A stretch of DNA of 64,000 nt from Antedon mediterranea (lineage: Eukaryota; Animalia; Echinodermata): NCBI RefSeq assembly GCF_964355755.1, contig NC_092673.1:3658001-3722000 (forward strand), given 5' to 3'. Made by a program: the position numbers and the translations under genes. The notes under the pieces are model-generated. The model was given only the letters and a program-made list of their open reading frames with translations, was not told where the DNA came from and searched no databases. Positions 26,584 through 41,000 of this stretch are shown here, piece by piece; positions within the stretch are counted from its first letter, which is position 1; every line of letters starts with the position of its first letter.

Positions 26584-28505
26584 ACAGTACCGAGAATCGG
26601 CTGCTTAATCGTTGTTATAGATTGTCTTACTAGTACTTATAGGCCTCGTGTAATTGTCACTCTTTTCAAATTTACAGCCACTTTGAACTGCGATATACGA
26701 GCATTATGCGCATAAAGATGAAACATTATTCATACAAATCCTATTATTTACTGCAAAATATTACTAAAACATAGATCAGGTTACATGCTATCATGAATCA
26801 ACACAAACACACACAAGTTCACCTCATCTCTCTCTCTCTCTCTTTTTGTCAGCTCTTCACTTTTAATACCACACTTGACAGGTATAACTCCCACATTAAT
26901 GCTTAACGTCCCATGACACAATAAAGCTCCGGGCTTTTTGGTTTTCATGGACGTATATTTGACATGCGTTTACATATTATTTTGACAGTACGCGCAGGGG
27001 TATCAAACTTTATGCGACAACAAAGATGTGATGTGCCCATATATGGACACGATGAAATCATATCACTACCATATTTGGGCATATCACTACCATATTTGGG
27101 CACATCACACTTTTGTTGTCAAACTATTAGATAGTGTAATCAGAGCTTCGTACGATGGTTCTGGTTGGATCAGATCAGATAATTAATAATTGTAATTTGA
27201 CCAATCATGAAGCAAGTATCATCTGTTCTATCTCTTGTGATTGGTCAACTCACTTACGTTAAGGATACGTCATTGCGTTGTGTCAAAGTGGGAATCAGGC
27301 TTGAAGAACTTTATCTCTATATTTAGTAAATGCGCATAAACTAAATTCATTAGTATAATATTTGCTCAAAATTCAATCTACTATAAAAAAAACGGTGAGT
27401 CAAGCGCTGAAATTAATATTTATTAACTGGTCTTCGTCATGTGTATGAGCAATGGGGAGAAAATGGTAAACAGTTTGTTAACAGTTATATGAAATTTATA
27501 ATATGCTACGATTACGAAATAGAAAACCTTAGCAATAAAATAATATTATTAATAGTATCATTTTAAATGTACATCGGTGTTACGATTGTTCTTGTTTTAC
27601 TAAGTTGTTAAAAGTACTATCAACTCATGTTGAACGTTCAATAATCATCTCCAGTCTGTCGCCAATGTCTATTTGTTTCTACATTCGTTATACTGTGAAG
27701 CTAGCAAATAGTACTAATTGACTACGTATTATGACGTCACTGTATGTCACTAATTCTGCGCGGAAATCTTTTATTTTGTAGTATCGCAATCGTCTGCCGA
27801 TCACTTCATTTGGAGTACCTCTCAAGAGAGGACATCCGGATGTCCACGTGATATATTTGGTTTATGGAGTGCGCCAGTACGGACAATATTTTGTTATTTT
27901 ATCGTATACATTATGGAAATAGTAAGTTGGAACGATGGGCGCTAACTGCAAGGTAATGTAATTTGTTTTCGTATTGATATGTAGTTCACCAGAGGAAAAT
28001 GTTTTCACTATTAATTAACTAACTACTAATCAAACTTAGTAATCATCCTTCTGAATTTCTGCTGTCGGTCTGTCTGTTTGTCCATCATATTTTGTGTATA
28101 TGTATCAATCCCAAATGGCTTTGACTATTGTGTTTTATTCTGGTTTATAGCAAATTATACAGTCATACAACTTGATCTATAGATGTACGAATTGAGAAAC
28201 AAACTAAATTCGAAATACATTTAAATTCAGACAAATATGATGATTATGAGTAATTTTCCATAAAGTGATTCCAGGAAAAAGTTGATCGCGTTTTAGAAAC
28301 AATGTATAATAAACTTGATCTATATAACTGTATGCGAATTGAGAAACAAACTTATTTCGAAATACATTTAAATTCAGATGATGATTATGAGTAATTTTCT
28401 ATAGTGATTCCAGGAATGGGATCGCGAGTTAGACCCACATTTAGAAGTAATAGAAAGATAGTGTAGGCCTAGTGTGGGAGTGTTTGGCTTATTGTATGGA
28501 AGAGG

Positions 28506-28770
28506 TTTAGTCTGGTCGATGCCCTTCTCTGGGGGTGGGGTAGATTTAGTCTGGTCGATGCCCTTTTCTGGGGGTGGGGTGGGTTTAGTCTGGTCGATGC
28601 CCTTCTCTGGGGGTGGGGTAGATTTAGTCTGGTCGATGGCCTTCTCTGGTGGCGGGGTAGATTAAGTATGGTCGATGGCCTTCTCTGGTGGCGGAGTAGA
28701 TTTAGTCTGGTCGATGGCCTTCTCTTGGGGTTGGGTGGGTTTAGTCTGGTCGATGCCCTTCTCTGGGGAC
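28506..28770. repeat. 39-bp G-rich minisatellite, about 7 copies
   Basis: Unit TTTAGTCTGGTCGATGCCCTTCTCTGGGGGTGGGGTAGA; explains ORFs 28469-28906 and 28474-28665. Confidence 0.9.
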
Positions 28771-29043
28771 GGGATGGCATCTGATGCATAAGAAAATTAA
28801 GGGCCATACCTCTGTAACTCAGACAAATAAAGTTTCTTGTATCTTGTAACTTAATGAAACGTAGACTGTTTGGTATGAGTTTGATTGTCTCTTTATATCT
28901 TATCATCGTATCATTATTGTTTTATAGTGTGCTCTGAAAAATACTTGGATATACTGTTTCCGACACCGCTTGGACAACTTCCGATTATAAATCAATCTGT
29001 TAAGAACGTATGGTTTCAGTGTTTCTTGGCACTGGACAACGAG

Positions 29044-32000
29044 ATGAAATTTCAACGGTTAGGAATCGTGTTCTTTGTGACGTTATTCATGAATCGAATT
29101 CAAGCTCAATGCCCAAGCGAATGGCTTTGGAGTAAGTTTATATTATTATTATTTATATTATATATTATCATTAATATCAATACTATTATTCAACTACAAG
29201 AGGCACCGATCTGTTATAACACTTCTCTCTACCACCCCAGTAGGCCTAACTGAGGCACTAAAAGAGGAACATAATTTATTATTCGACACCATTGGGCCCA
29301 TTTCTACTACTAATAATATCCCTACTAGGCCTATAAGCTCTGTTTACACTATCAAATTTTATGTGACATGTGATGTGCCCATATGGACATGATTTGTCAT
29401 ACCACTACCATATGTGGGTGTATCAGTACCATATTTGGGCACATCACACTTTTAAAGAAATTATATGTATATTACGTATAGTATTACATACTTGTGGTTA
29501 AAAAAAACACAACATTTAATAATCTTAAATCGCCGACAATCATAAACAGATAGTATTAGTAAAGTTACATTTTTTTTTTCGGACTATACTACTGAACCAT
29601 TATAACAATATTAACACAAAACACAAGGTATTTTTACTCAAGCAAAAGTTCCCTGATGTTTGGCCAAACAAAACTACAGCCGCAAGAGACAGATATAATT
29701 CAAACTTACATAATATTGCCATTAACATTGGACTCTAAATTAAACAACGTTTGAGGCACTTGTAACATTCTATTTGTCACTGGTACTTAGCTCTCATGTC
29801 AAGACTGCTTTTAATTGACCCTGAGCAACAAATTTCATCCACTTCATTGACAATACCTATTAAGTACTTTCCCATAATCATAATACTATATACAATACAC
29901 AAGAGAATATCTAAATAATAATACTCTCTTGGCCATTTTGTTTTTAATATCTGATAATATATTTTGTATTATAAAATGACGTCATGATTAGTGAGTGCAA
30001 TAATATCGTGACGATACAATGATTTTATTGTATTTAATAATAATGACGTCATCAATTGATTGGATTTTTTTTAAATATCATTTTTATCAAAGTCAGCATA
30101 AATAGTTATCACGTATAATTCTAAAATGAAAACTTTTCTAATTTCTTGTTTTATGACGAAAATGTTATCATTGATCCCTATCATCCTAAATCTCTATCTA
30201 CACAATCAAATTATGATGTGCCCATATCATTATGGACATGATGTCATATCACTACCATATTTAAGCATATCACCACCATATTTGGGCACGTCACAATAGT
30301 TTGATCTGCAAATCCTAAAATGTATCTTATTGAATAGATAGATGAATGTCATTATCTTCATACGCCTCATCATTTATCATAAGTGACCATTATTTCTTTA
30401 AAAAAAATATGTAATATTATTTAACTTTTTGTAACAGATGCATTTAAGATGGAACCAAATAACGAGAATGTGAATGTGTCCCACGAAACGATAGACGACG
30501 ACACAAAAGAAGGGGAACATGTGACGTATTCGTTGATTCTCCACCTAAGTTGGAATAGACAAATTTCGTCATTAGGTACTGTCACATAATTGAAAATCAA
30601 AGAGTGAATCTTTCTTTCTTTCCTTCCATTCATCATACACATTCATAAACATACATAAATAAGCATAGTACAAAGAGAGAAAAAAGAATGAAGAGGGAAG
30701 AATCTCAGAAGCATAGTTTCGGAGATTTGGAATTTGAAAAATGGGCACTAAGGAATATATAGGCAAATAATTTAACTTCAGGAAAATGAAAACAATCTTT
30801 TTATAGCATAACAAAAAAGATAAAAAGTTGTTTTCTTTGAATTTCCTTCATTACAAAGCACTTAAATGAAAACATCATAAAAGCAGCAATTTGTTAACAT
30901 CAAAAATGATAACAATTTCAATCAGAATGATAGAATTGATACTTTAATCATGTACGGTAGTAAATTACTCAAAACATTAAACCATGGAGGAAATTCGTCC
31001 ATGATTAAACTATATATTATTATATCGTCTATAATTGTGTTGAAAATAATAGTCATCATTCACTGATAGCACCTAATGATCAGCTTCGGCTGGATGGACC
31101 AACCTCGTTAAATATTGAATGTTGAAATATTATAAAATAAAAGTCAAAAATTATTATAACAATAATAAGTAGCAGATGTATAGCCGCAAAGGTTTGTTTC
31201 GATCTATGCGTTTCTGACGTCACACGGATGTGTTCGGAAATGTTCAATCATTCTGTGTATTGATGTTTATAAAGCTCTAATTCATGTGGTCATGTTTGAT
31301 ATTGCGTCTCCGATATTGCGTGTTTGATATTTCGTCTCCAATATTGCGTCTCAGATATTGTGTCTCCGATATTGCGTGTCCGATATTGCGTGTCCGATAT
31401 TGCGTGTCCGATATTGCGTGTCCGATATTGCGTGTCCGATATTGCGTGTCCGATATTGCGTCTCCTATATTGCGTGTTGGATATTGCGTGTTTGATATTG
31501 GGTCTCCGATATTGCGTGGGTAATATTGGGTCTCCGATATTGCGTGTTTGATATTGCGTGTTTCATATTGCGTCTCCGATATTGCGTGTTTAATATTGCG
31601 TGTCCGATATTGCGTGTCCGATATTGCGTCTCCGATATTGCGTGTTTAATATTGCGTCTCCGATATTGCGTGTTTAATATTGCGTGTCCGATATTGCGTC
31701 TCCGATATTGCGTGTTTGATATTGCGTGTTTGATATTGCGTCTTTGTTTTGGTTTGGTTTACTATTATATCTCTCATATTAAGTACATTGTTCTACATTA
31801 ACGACAACGTGATTGGCTGGCAGACAATTTGAATATCAAAATATGTTTAACCAAAATTGAAGTTTTAATGCTCAAACATAAAACGGTTGCATTTTATGGC
31901 CATTGCTGTATTTATGAAGCAATAAATGTGTTGCTGGAAAGTAATGGTTCATAATTACAAAAACAAAAATTGTCAATATCTAACCTGATGTTCTATTTGT

Positions 32001-35000
32001 TTAATGCCGAGATATAAATAATGTGTATTTAAATATGTTTATAACCTTAGATTTTGATGGTTATGCTGTTTATACTGGCGTTGTTGGCGAACAGATAGAT
32101 ACCTTACGAGCATGTAACCTGAGTGAAAGTGGACTGCACTACACGGTAAATACACTGCATTTATTACGCGGAGCACCTTAAGCTGATTAAGCCAAAGATA
32201 TATGATTAAGTTTTAATATAATACGCTCGCGGGAATAAAAAAGTATTCAAAACTGTGAGATTTAATCTAGGTAATTGGTAGTAATTGCTTTCATTGATTA
32301 GATGCAAAATTGAAATGTTAATTTGTTACGTGACGTGTTTGTTGACTTGATACTTTAAGCAAGTGGTTAACAAAAATACTAAAAAAGATTATATTAGAAA
32401 TGTCTATTTAAAGATGTCAAAATAGGGATCTTTTTTTTCAGAAAAACAAATATTAGGAATACCATAAATGAACTTTTAAATATTAAAAATGACCTTTTTA
32501 AAAGAAAACTGGAAACATATGAATTATTCGAATTATAAATTGAAATTCGTCTAGTTACATGTGTTCATAGTTTATAGATATAAATAATATAAATAATATT
32601 TATAATAATTATAAATAAAACTCCTTTTCAGAACAAAAGAGAAACAGAGATCCAAATCAAATTCAATTATGACTACGAAATTAGGGTAAGTACTTGATTT
32701 ATGCATTTACATTATATCGTTAATAATAGAAATAGTTCATAACTAATTTCTCTTTTATTTTTAAATTGCACAAAATACGAATAATCCAATTATAAATCTG
32801 TTTATTAATATATTTACTAAATTAATAAATGAACTGTTTTGTTGCCCTAAAAAAATATTTTTTTTTTTCATTTTTTTTAATATGCCATTTTAATGTAATT
32901 GTAATAAATTACCATTCCCTAACATATAGAGTAACATAGTATTTACATGAACATTCTAGAATAAGATGTTTTGATTTAATAAACCATGTATAATTAATAA
33001 GAACAATCAAGAACATTCCAGAAGTGCTATTAATAGAAACTGTAATCATGTAATAATGAGAAGTATAAAGAATGATCTAGAAGGATAGGAGCATCTTGTA
33101 TATAAAGGGATGTAAACTATTGTAAGGTTGTTGGATTAGAGGTTGGATGTTATATTGTAAAGTCATTGTGAAGCTGTTGTTTAAAGTGCTTACTGGGTTG
33201 TTAAAGGTTGATTGAAATTAAAGCTTTGTTTTTGAGTTATTTTACAACTTTGTGGATTTTGTGTGTATACTTTTATGTCACAAGGGAGTTCCTAAAGTAT
33301 TTTCAACCGCTCGGAAACATACGTGAGAGGAGTTCGTGACATAATTTGGTGGCAGCGGTTATTTCGATCTACTGTTCGACTTAACTGTGTATTTATCTAC
33401 GGTTGTGATATTTTGTGGTAGCAGTTTGATCTACTGTATTTTGCCATAGATTGGTGGCTGTTTTAGGATCAACTGTACTTTATTGATATTTTGTGAAAGC
33501 GGTTCTTACGATACTGAGATATGTTTACGTCGGAAGCCGTGGTGCTACGTTTTGTTTAATCCTAAGTACACAAACATTGTTTTAAGAACACTACATTATT
33601 TATTTGGAACAGTAGACTTGTGAACGTCTCGGTAACTACGATTAACTAGTAACAAGACCCTCATCCAGATTTAAAATATGGCTGATAAACAATCAACAAC
33701 AAGATCCGGTAGAGAATACAGCGGCGGCGATGAATCTGATTCTGAGGTAGAATCGGTTCAGTCATTACAACCTGAACAACAGGCAGAAGAGTCTGTACCA
33801 ACCAGTGGACATAACCCTACAGGGGCTGACTCATCTTCAAAAGATGTTTTGTTGTTGATGCAGCAACAAATGCAACAGCAGAATCTAATGATGCAGCAAC
33901 AAATGCAACAACAGAATCTTATGATGCAGCAGATGATGGAACAACGCAAAGAAGATATGGAAAAACAAGAACGTTTACGTAGGGACGATATAGAGAAACA
34001 GCAAGCATTGGTAATGGCGTTAATGGATAAGCAAAAGGACAGTGAGGAGAAACGATTAAAAGATATAATGAGATTGAAGGAAGTTCAGATTGCAAAACTT
34101 TCTGATAGTGATGATATTGAAAATTATCTCACTACGTTTGAACGAATTGCTAACACCTATGAGTGGCGAAAAGAACACTGGGTAGTAAAACTGATACCAC
34201 ATTTGACAGGCAAAGCAAGAGCAGCCTATGCATCATTACCAGTGACAGAAAGTAACCAGTACGACATAGTGAAGAAAGCAATATTACAAAGGTATGACAT
34301 AACTGAAGAGACATATAGACAAAGGTTTAGGTCAATTAAAAAGAAAAGTGAAGAAAGTTATAGAGAAGTGTATGTTAGGTTGAAAGACTTATTTACTAAG
34401 TGGGCTAGGCCTGCTGATAAAAGCAAAGATGATTTAGCTGAAACTGTTATTTTAGAGCAATTGATAGATATTATGCCCACAGGGGTACAAATTTGGGTTA
34501 AAGAACATAAACCAGATTCTGGATTAAATGCTGCAGAATTAGCAGATAATTATTTTCAAGCTAGAAAAGGTACCGGTATCGATTTTGAGAAAAAGTTTCA
34601 AAATAGAAAACACGAAAATAGAAACAACCAGGAGAAAACAGTGAAAGGCACTCCTGAAGTTGACAGTAAGGGTAATAATAATCCCCCTGATAACTTTCAT
34701 AAATCACAATCTGACGCTAGACAACCTCTCGTTTGTAGACGGTGCAAAAAAGTAGGCCACATAGAACGATTTTGTCGAAGTAAGGATGGCTTTTTGTCGA
34801 CAAAGACAGATACTGTTTCAAAACCATGTACACCTTACATTTGTAGAGGCCTAGTTGAAGGATGTGATTGTGAAATTTTGATAGACTCTGGATGTGATAT
34901 GACACTTGTTCATTCTGATTTAGTAGCGGCTAAGAAAATTAATCGCGCGGAGCAAGCTAAAATTACATGCAGATGCGTCCATGACCATGTCCAAGCCTAT

Positions 35001-38000
35001 CCTACTGCATTCGTCAATATTAAGGTTAATAACGAAGACCATAATTTGTTGGTTGGCGTTTGCAGCGATTTACCAAGAGATGTAATTCTTGGTAGGGACT
35101 TTCCTAAATTTGGAGACTTATTAAGGAAGGGGAATAAGAATCATGATAGGCATAGTTTTGTTGCCACTAGAGATCATGCTAGAAAAGAAAAACTAAGAGA
35201 GGAAAACGAATTAAATTCGGAAAAAGGTTCTGGGGTTATTTCACGTCAGTTAGATGATGTGGTTAATTTTCAAGAAGAATTTGGACATTTAGATGACCAA
35301 CTACTCAGTGACAACCCTCCCAAGGAAACAGTTCATAAAACTAGAAGTGAGAAACGAAAAGTTAGGAAAGAGTTTGCAAAAACAAAGGAAGCTCAGGCTC
35401 AGTCTAGCCAAGATAGTGAATTAGACATTTTAGATATTGGCAGAGATAAAATTAACGATTATCAGGTTAAGGATAGAACTTTAATTTCACTTCGAGAACA
35501 GATGTTAGTACAGAAAGATGATGACACTATAAAGATAGTCTGTAAGGATGGAATTTTATTTAGGCAGGTTTTCACTAAACACCAGACAGAACCAATAGAG
35601 CAATTAGTAGTTCCATATCCTTGCCGTAATAGTGTATTGAAAGTCTCACATGATATTCCTTTGGCAGGTCATTTAGGTAGGAAAAAGACATTAGATAGGA
35701 TAAAGCAGAGATTCTTTTGGCCTGGTATTAGAAAGGATGTGACCGAATATTGCAACACTTGTGAAAATTGTCAGAAAACTTCAAAGTATAAAACTAAATT
35801 GAAGGCCCCGATGATTCCTATGCCAATAATCAGTGAACCATTCCGCCGAATCGCTATGGACATTGTTGGTCCACTAGCACGGAGTAAGACAGGAAATAAA
35901 TATGTCTTGGTTATATGTGATTATGCAACTCGATATCCGGAGGCTATCCCACTGAGAAGTATTGAAGCTCCAAAGATAGCGGATGAGTTGATTAAATTAT
36001 TTTCTAGGGTAGGGGTACCAACAGAAATTTTAACCGATCAAGGCTCTAACTTTACCTCTAAGTTGTTGAGTCAAGTTTATAATTTACTTTCAATTAAGGG
36101 CTTGACTACTTCTCCCTACCATCCACAAACCGATGGATTAGTGGAAAGATTTAATGGCACCCTCAAGGCTATGATTAGAAAATTTGTTCAGGATGATCCC
36201 AGAGAATGGGATAAATTGCTTCCGTACCTATTATTTGCTTATAGGGAGGTACCGCAGGAGTCAACTGGGTTCTCTCCATTTGAATTATTGTATGGTTGGA
36301 AGGTACGAGGTCCACTTGATATAATGAAAGAAATGTGGACAGGCACGGTGACAGGTCCTCAAAGTGTGGTTTCACACGTTGTTAAAATGAGAGATAGGTT
36401 AACTTCAATGAAAGATCTAGTCCAGGAAAACATTGAACTATCCCAAACAAGGCAAAAACAAAAATATGATCAGAAATCTGTTTGTAGAGAATTTAGTCCA
36501 GGTGATGAAGTCCTATTACTCTTACCATCTAGTAACGATGCATTAGAGGCAAAATGGCAAGGTCCTTACAAGGTTTTAAGGAAACTAGGTCCAGTAAACT
36601 ATGAGGTGGAAACTAATGATAAACGGAAAAAGTCAAAAGTCTACCACATAAATCTTTTAAAACAATTTCATCGTAGAACTATTGAGGTTATGCTGGCTAT
36701 AAATGATGTAACTGGACGAGACGAGGGTCAGGATAAGGACATTTCTTGGTCAAATATTTCTAGTTCCAATTTAACCTTAGATTCTGGTGAAGGATTAGAT
36801 GAATCTCAGCTTTCAGATTTAGCGGAGGTGTTTTCTGAATTTGATTCAGTGTTACAGGATAAGCCAGGGAAAACTACTGTAATAAAGCATGATATTGAAA
36901 TGAACCTAGGGGTACACCCAGTTAGATTAAGAGCTTATCCAATTCCTCAGGCTAAGTTAGGCAAAGTAAAAGAAGAGATAGAATCTATGTTGGAACTTGG
37001 GGTAATAGAAGAGTCTCACAGTCCCTGGTCCTCTCCTTATATCATGGTACCAAAGCCGGACGGTACAGCTCGCTTTTGCGTAAATTACAAAAAAGTGAAT
37101 AGCTTGAGCAAGTTTGATGCATATCCAATGCCTCGAATAGATGAAATAATAGGCAGGGTTGGTCCTGCTAAATTTATAACAAAGTTAGATTTATGTAAAG
37201 GTTACTGGCAGGTTCCATTAACTGAACGGTCAAAACCATATACTGCTTTTTCAACACCAATGGGTTTGTACCAATTTAAGTATTTACCATTTGGCTTGCA
37301 TGGGGCTCCTGCAACGTTTCAAAGAATGATGGATCAACTGTTGCGCAAGAAAGCAGCAGCTTATATGGATGATCTGGTAATATTTAGTCCAGACTGGGAA
37401 AGTCATATCCATCATCTTAGGGACATTTTTCGGACCCTCAAGCAAGCTAATCTGACAGTCAAACCTGCAAAATGTAGTTTCGCACATAGTAAAGTGCATT
37501 ATTTAGGGTATGTAGTTGGAGAGGGAATGATACGTCCTCAAAAGACTAAGGTAGAAGCGGTAGTACAATGGGAAAAACCTAAAACTAAGAAGGATGTTAA
37601 ATCTTTTCTTGGCCTGACAGGATACTACCGAAAGTTTATTCCTAATTATGCTGACATTGCAGCACCTCTAACTGATCTGACGGGGAAAAAACATCCAGAT
37701 AAAATCAAATGGACGCCTGAGTGCGAAGATGCACTTGTAAAGTTAAAACAGGCATTATGTTCAGACCCTGTGTTACGAAACCCAGATTTTAATGCAGAGT
37801 TTATACTGCAAACAGATGCGTCAGATCGAGGGTTAGGTGCAGTACTTAGTCAACTAGGTCCTGATGGTACTGACCATCCAGTATTGTATCTTAGTCGTAA
37901 GATGTTCCCAAGGGAACAGAATTATGCAACTATAGAGAAAGAGTGTTTAGCTATAAAATGGGCTGTCGAAAGTCTGCGATATTATCTACTAGGCAGAAAA

Positions 38001-41000
38001 TTTAAGATAGTTACTGACCATCAACCACTCAAATGGTTGGTTGAAATGAAAGAGACAAACAAAAGACTAACTAGATGGAGTCTTGATTTACAACCTTATT
38101 GCTTTACTGTTGTACATAGAAGGGGTATTTCTAATGGTAATGCTGACGGATTGTCACGAAAACCATTAACTTAAAGCAAGGGTTACTTTACAAATAGACA
38201 AAATAGGTTTTAATGTTTATAAGTTACTTGTTTCTTACATTTTGTTTGTAATGAGAATTTGGTTTTCACGTAATGTAGTTTGAATTTATATTCAACAGGG
38301 TTTCTAGGTCGAAAATGTTATATTTTGCCACGTCCGTGTATACTTTCCCCTCAAAACTCCAAGAAAGAGTTTTGAGCTCAGAAAGAGGGGGGAGTGTAAT
38401 AAATTACCATTCCCTAACATATAGAGTAACATAGTATTTACATGAACATTCTAGAATAAGATGTTTTGATTTAATAAACCATGTATAATTAATAAGAACA
38501 ATCAAGAACATTCCAGAAGTGCTATTAATAGAAACTGTAATCATGTAATAATGAGAAGTATAAAGAATGATCTAGAAGGATAGGAGCATCTTGTATATAA
38601 AGGGATGTAAACTATTGTAAGGTTGTTGGATTAGAGGTTGGATGTTATATTGTAAAGTCATTGTGAAGCTGTTGTTTAAAGTGCTTACTGGATTGTTAAA
38701 GGTTGAAGTTGATTGAAATTAAAGCTTTGTTTTTGAGTTATTTTACAACTTTGTGGATTTTGTGTGTATACTTTTATGTCACAAGGGAGTTCCTAAAGTA
38801 TTTTCAACCGCTCGGAAACATACGTGAGAGGAGTTCGTGACAGTAATGTAATAGTAGTATTCACTTTGACCAAAAACTGTATCGGAAATAAAAAATGTTT
38901 ACCTTAAAAAATGCAATTTAAAGCAAAAAATATTTAAATTGTCAGACAATGGTTTTTGGTTAGAATTAACCGTTTATTTTGTCTTTTTATATAAGTGAAA
39001 TAATTTGTTTTCCCTACAGAAGTGAATACATTTATTAAAACTGCAAAATGGTCTGATTTTATCCATCTTCTTTGTTCATGTTTTTGGGGGACAATATCTT
39101 TAAATATCATAATATGAAACTCCAAATAACGTCAGGGAAGTCATTTTTTAAACGCTTCGAAACAAATTGAAACATGAATTTCGCTCTCATTATATGGAGT
39201 AGGTTTTATACTATACCTGCATGTTATCTAAACATATTCAGTGCATCTATATTGGTACAAAATTAGCAAGAAAAGACTTGCGGTAAAATAGCAAAATATA
39301 AAAAATCCAATCAAAATTGGCATTTGTTAGGAATGTGGCCGTGCTTTTCAAATCGTATGGCTCTATTTATTTGCATTGACATCGATTTAATTTATTTAGT
39401 ATAATACCGATGTGATGATGATTTTTTATTTCTTTTTTCAACCGTTTCTTTCTGTATAGTTTTACTTGGCAAGCAAAGAACTTGACAAGAAATCTTTTTT
39501 AAACGATGGTGTTATACAATTTAATGGTGTTGGTAAGTAATGGATTGTAACACTCGTATCTGAATTAATGACGCAAATTAAGGCAATTAAAGTAAAAAAA
39601 GTGTGATGAGCCCAAATATGGTAGTGATATGCCCAAATATGGTAGTGATGTGCTCAAATATGGTAGTGATGTACCCAAATATGGTAGTGATATGCCCAAA
39701 TTTGGTAGTAATATGTCCAAATATGATAGTGATATATCATCATGTCCATATATGGGCATTTGTTTGTCACATAAACTTTGATAGTGTAGACAGAGCTTTA
39801 TACAAACAGTGGTTCTCCAATCTCGTCATTCCTTTGCATAGTTATGCGTTGTTTTTTAAATGTTGCTAACATTAATAAAATTAATTTATTATGATTCTCC
39901 TGTATATTTAATATTTTGTTGAATCTTTATGCTTAACATTGATATTCCACTAATGAATATTCAAATAACAAAACTTTGATTCTGTTAAAATTAATCATTT
40001 ATTTTGTCATAGATTGTTATCAAGAAACTAAAGATCGACATTTTTGTATGACGCAAGGTAAATTTATTATCAAATTCAATAATAAGCATTAACTGATGGA
40101 ATCAGAACTACAATTAAATAGAACCTCGTTTGGGACACTCTTATTTATGGTCACCTCTAGTAGGGGGACACTTTCCTGCTAAATTAATGAGGGGAAATAT
40201 ATGTTTTCACTAAATTGGACCTCTGTTCAGGGGACACTCCTATCAAGACAAGTTTTACCTCGTTCATGGTACATACGGATTCCTTAAATAATTGAACTTT
40301 TCTATTGACCATATCTAATCACCGTTAATTATACAAATAGCATATAATGTAATTGTATTAATAATCCTGAATTGTTTTTCGTTTAAATTTTCGAGAAAAA
40401 AAAGAAGAGTGAAGATTAGAGTAATACATAATATACTACGACAAATAATAATAATACATTGTATAACAACGGATACAGTACAAGGTGTTGATCCTGGCCT
40501 ACAAAGCTCAGCACAAGTTGACGGCTGGCTACCTATCTGAGCTTGTGCAGAGTTACCAGCCAACTAAATATCTTAGGTCCGGTTCCCAGTGCCTACTTGT
40601 GGTTCCAAGGACATCTACCTACGGTCAGAGAGCTTTTGGAGTGGCAGCGCCAACTTTGTGGAACTTCCTACCGATCACAATCAGACAGTGTACTTCCCTT
40701 AATTTATTTAAGACTCAACTCAAGACATTCCTTTTCCAACAAGCTTTTCATTAATTTTACATTTCCTCCTTTTATTTTTGATGTAAAGCGCATTGAGAGC
40801 TTGCTTATATGCGCTTTATAAGAACAGACTATTATTATTATTATTATTAGTTGGAAACTGAAAAACACGACAATAATTAGACATAACAGAAGTACAGTAA
40901 CTGTTTTTCAATTATGTATTTATGCCATAGATGCGCAATACGTTAGTGCGCCCATTGATGTACGTATAGAAAACATCACAATGTCACAAAGATCACACAC

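Larger units (their letters stand above)
32900..38842 (+). mobile_element. Full-length Gmr1-like Ty3/Gypsy LTR retrotransposon in kinase intron 4
   Basis: LTRs 32900-33341 and 38395-38842 (TG...CA), 5-bp TSD GTAAT (32895-32899 and 38843-38847), PBS 33347-33359, PPT AGAAAGAGGGGGGAG (38380-38394), one 1498-aa ORF. Confidence 0.97.

Noticed and set aside
28168-28430. Local tandem duplications (also about 2026-2305 and 15875-15950)
   Set aside because: Simple diverged duplications with no supportable function.
33858-33935. Gln/Met-rich repeat in Gag
   Set aside because: A 33-nt internal duplication in a low-complexity coiled-coil region, common in Gag proteins.
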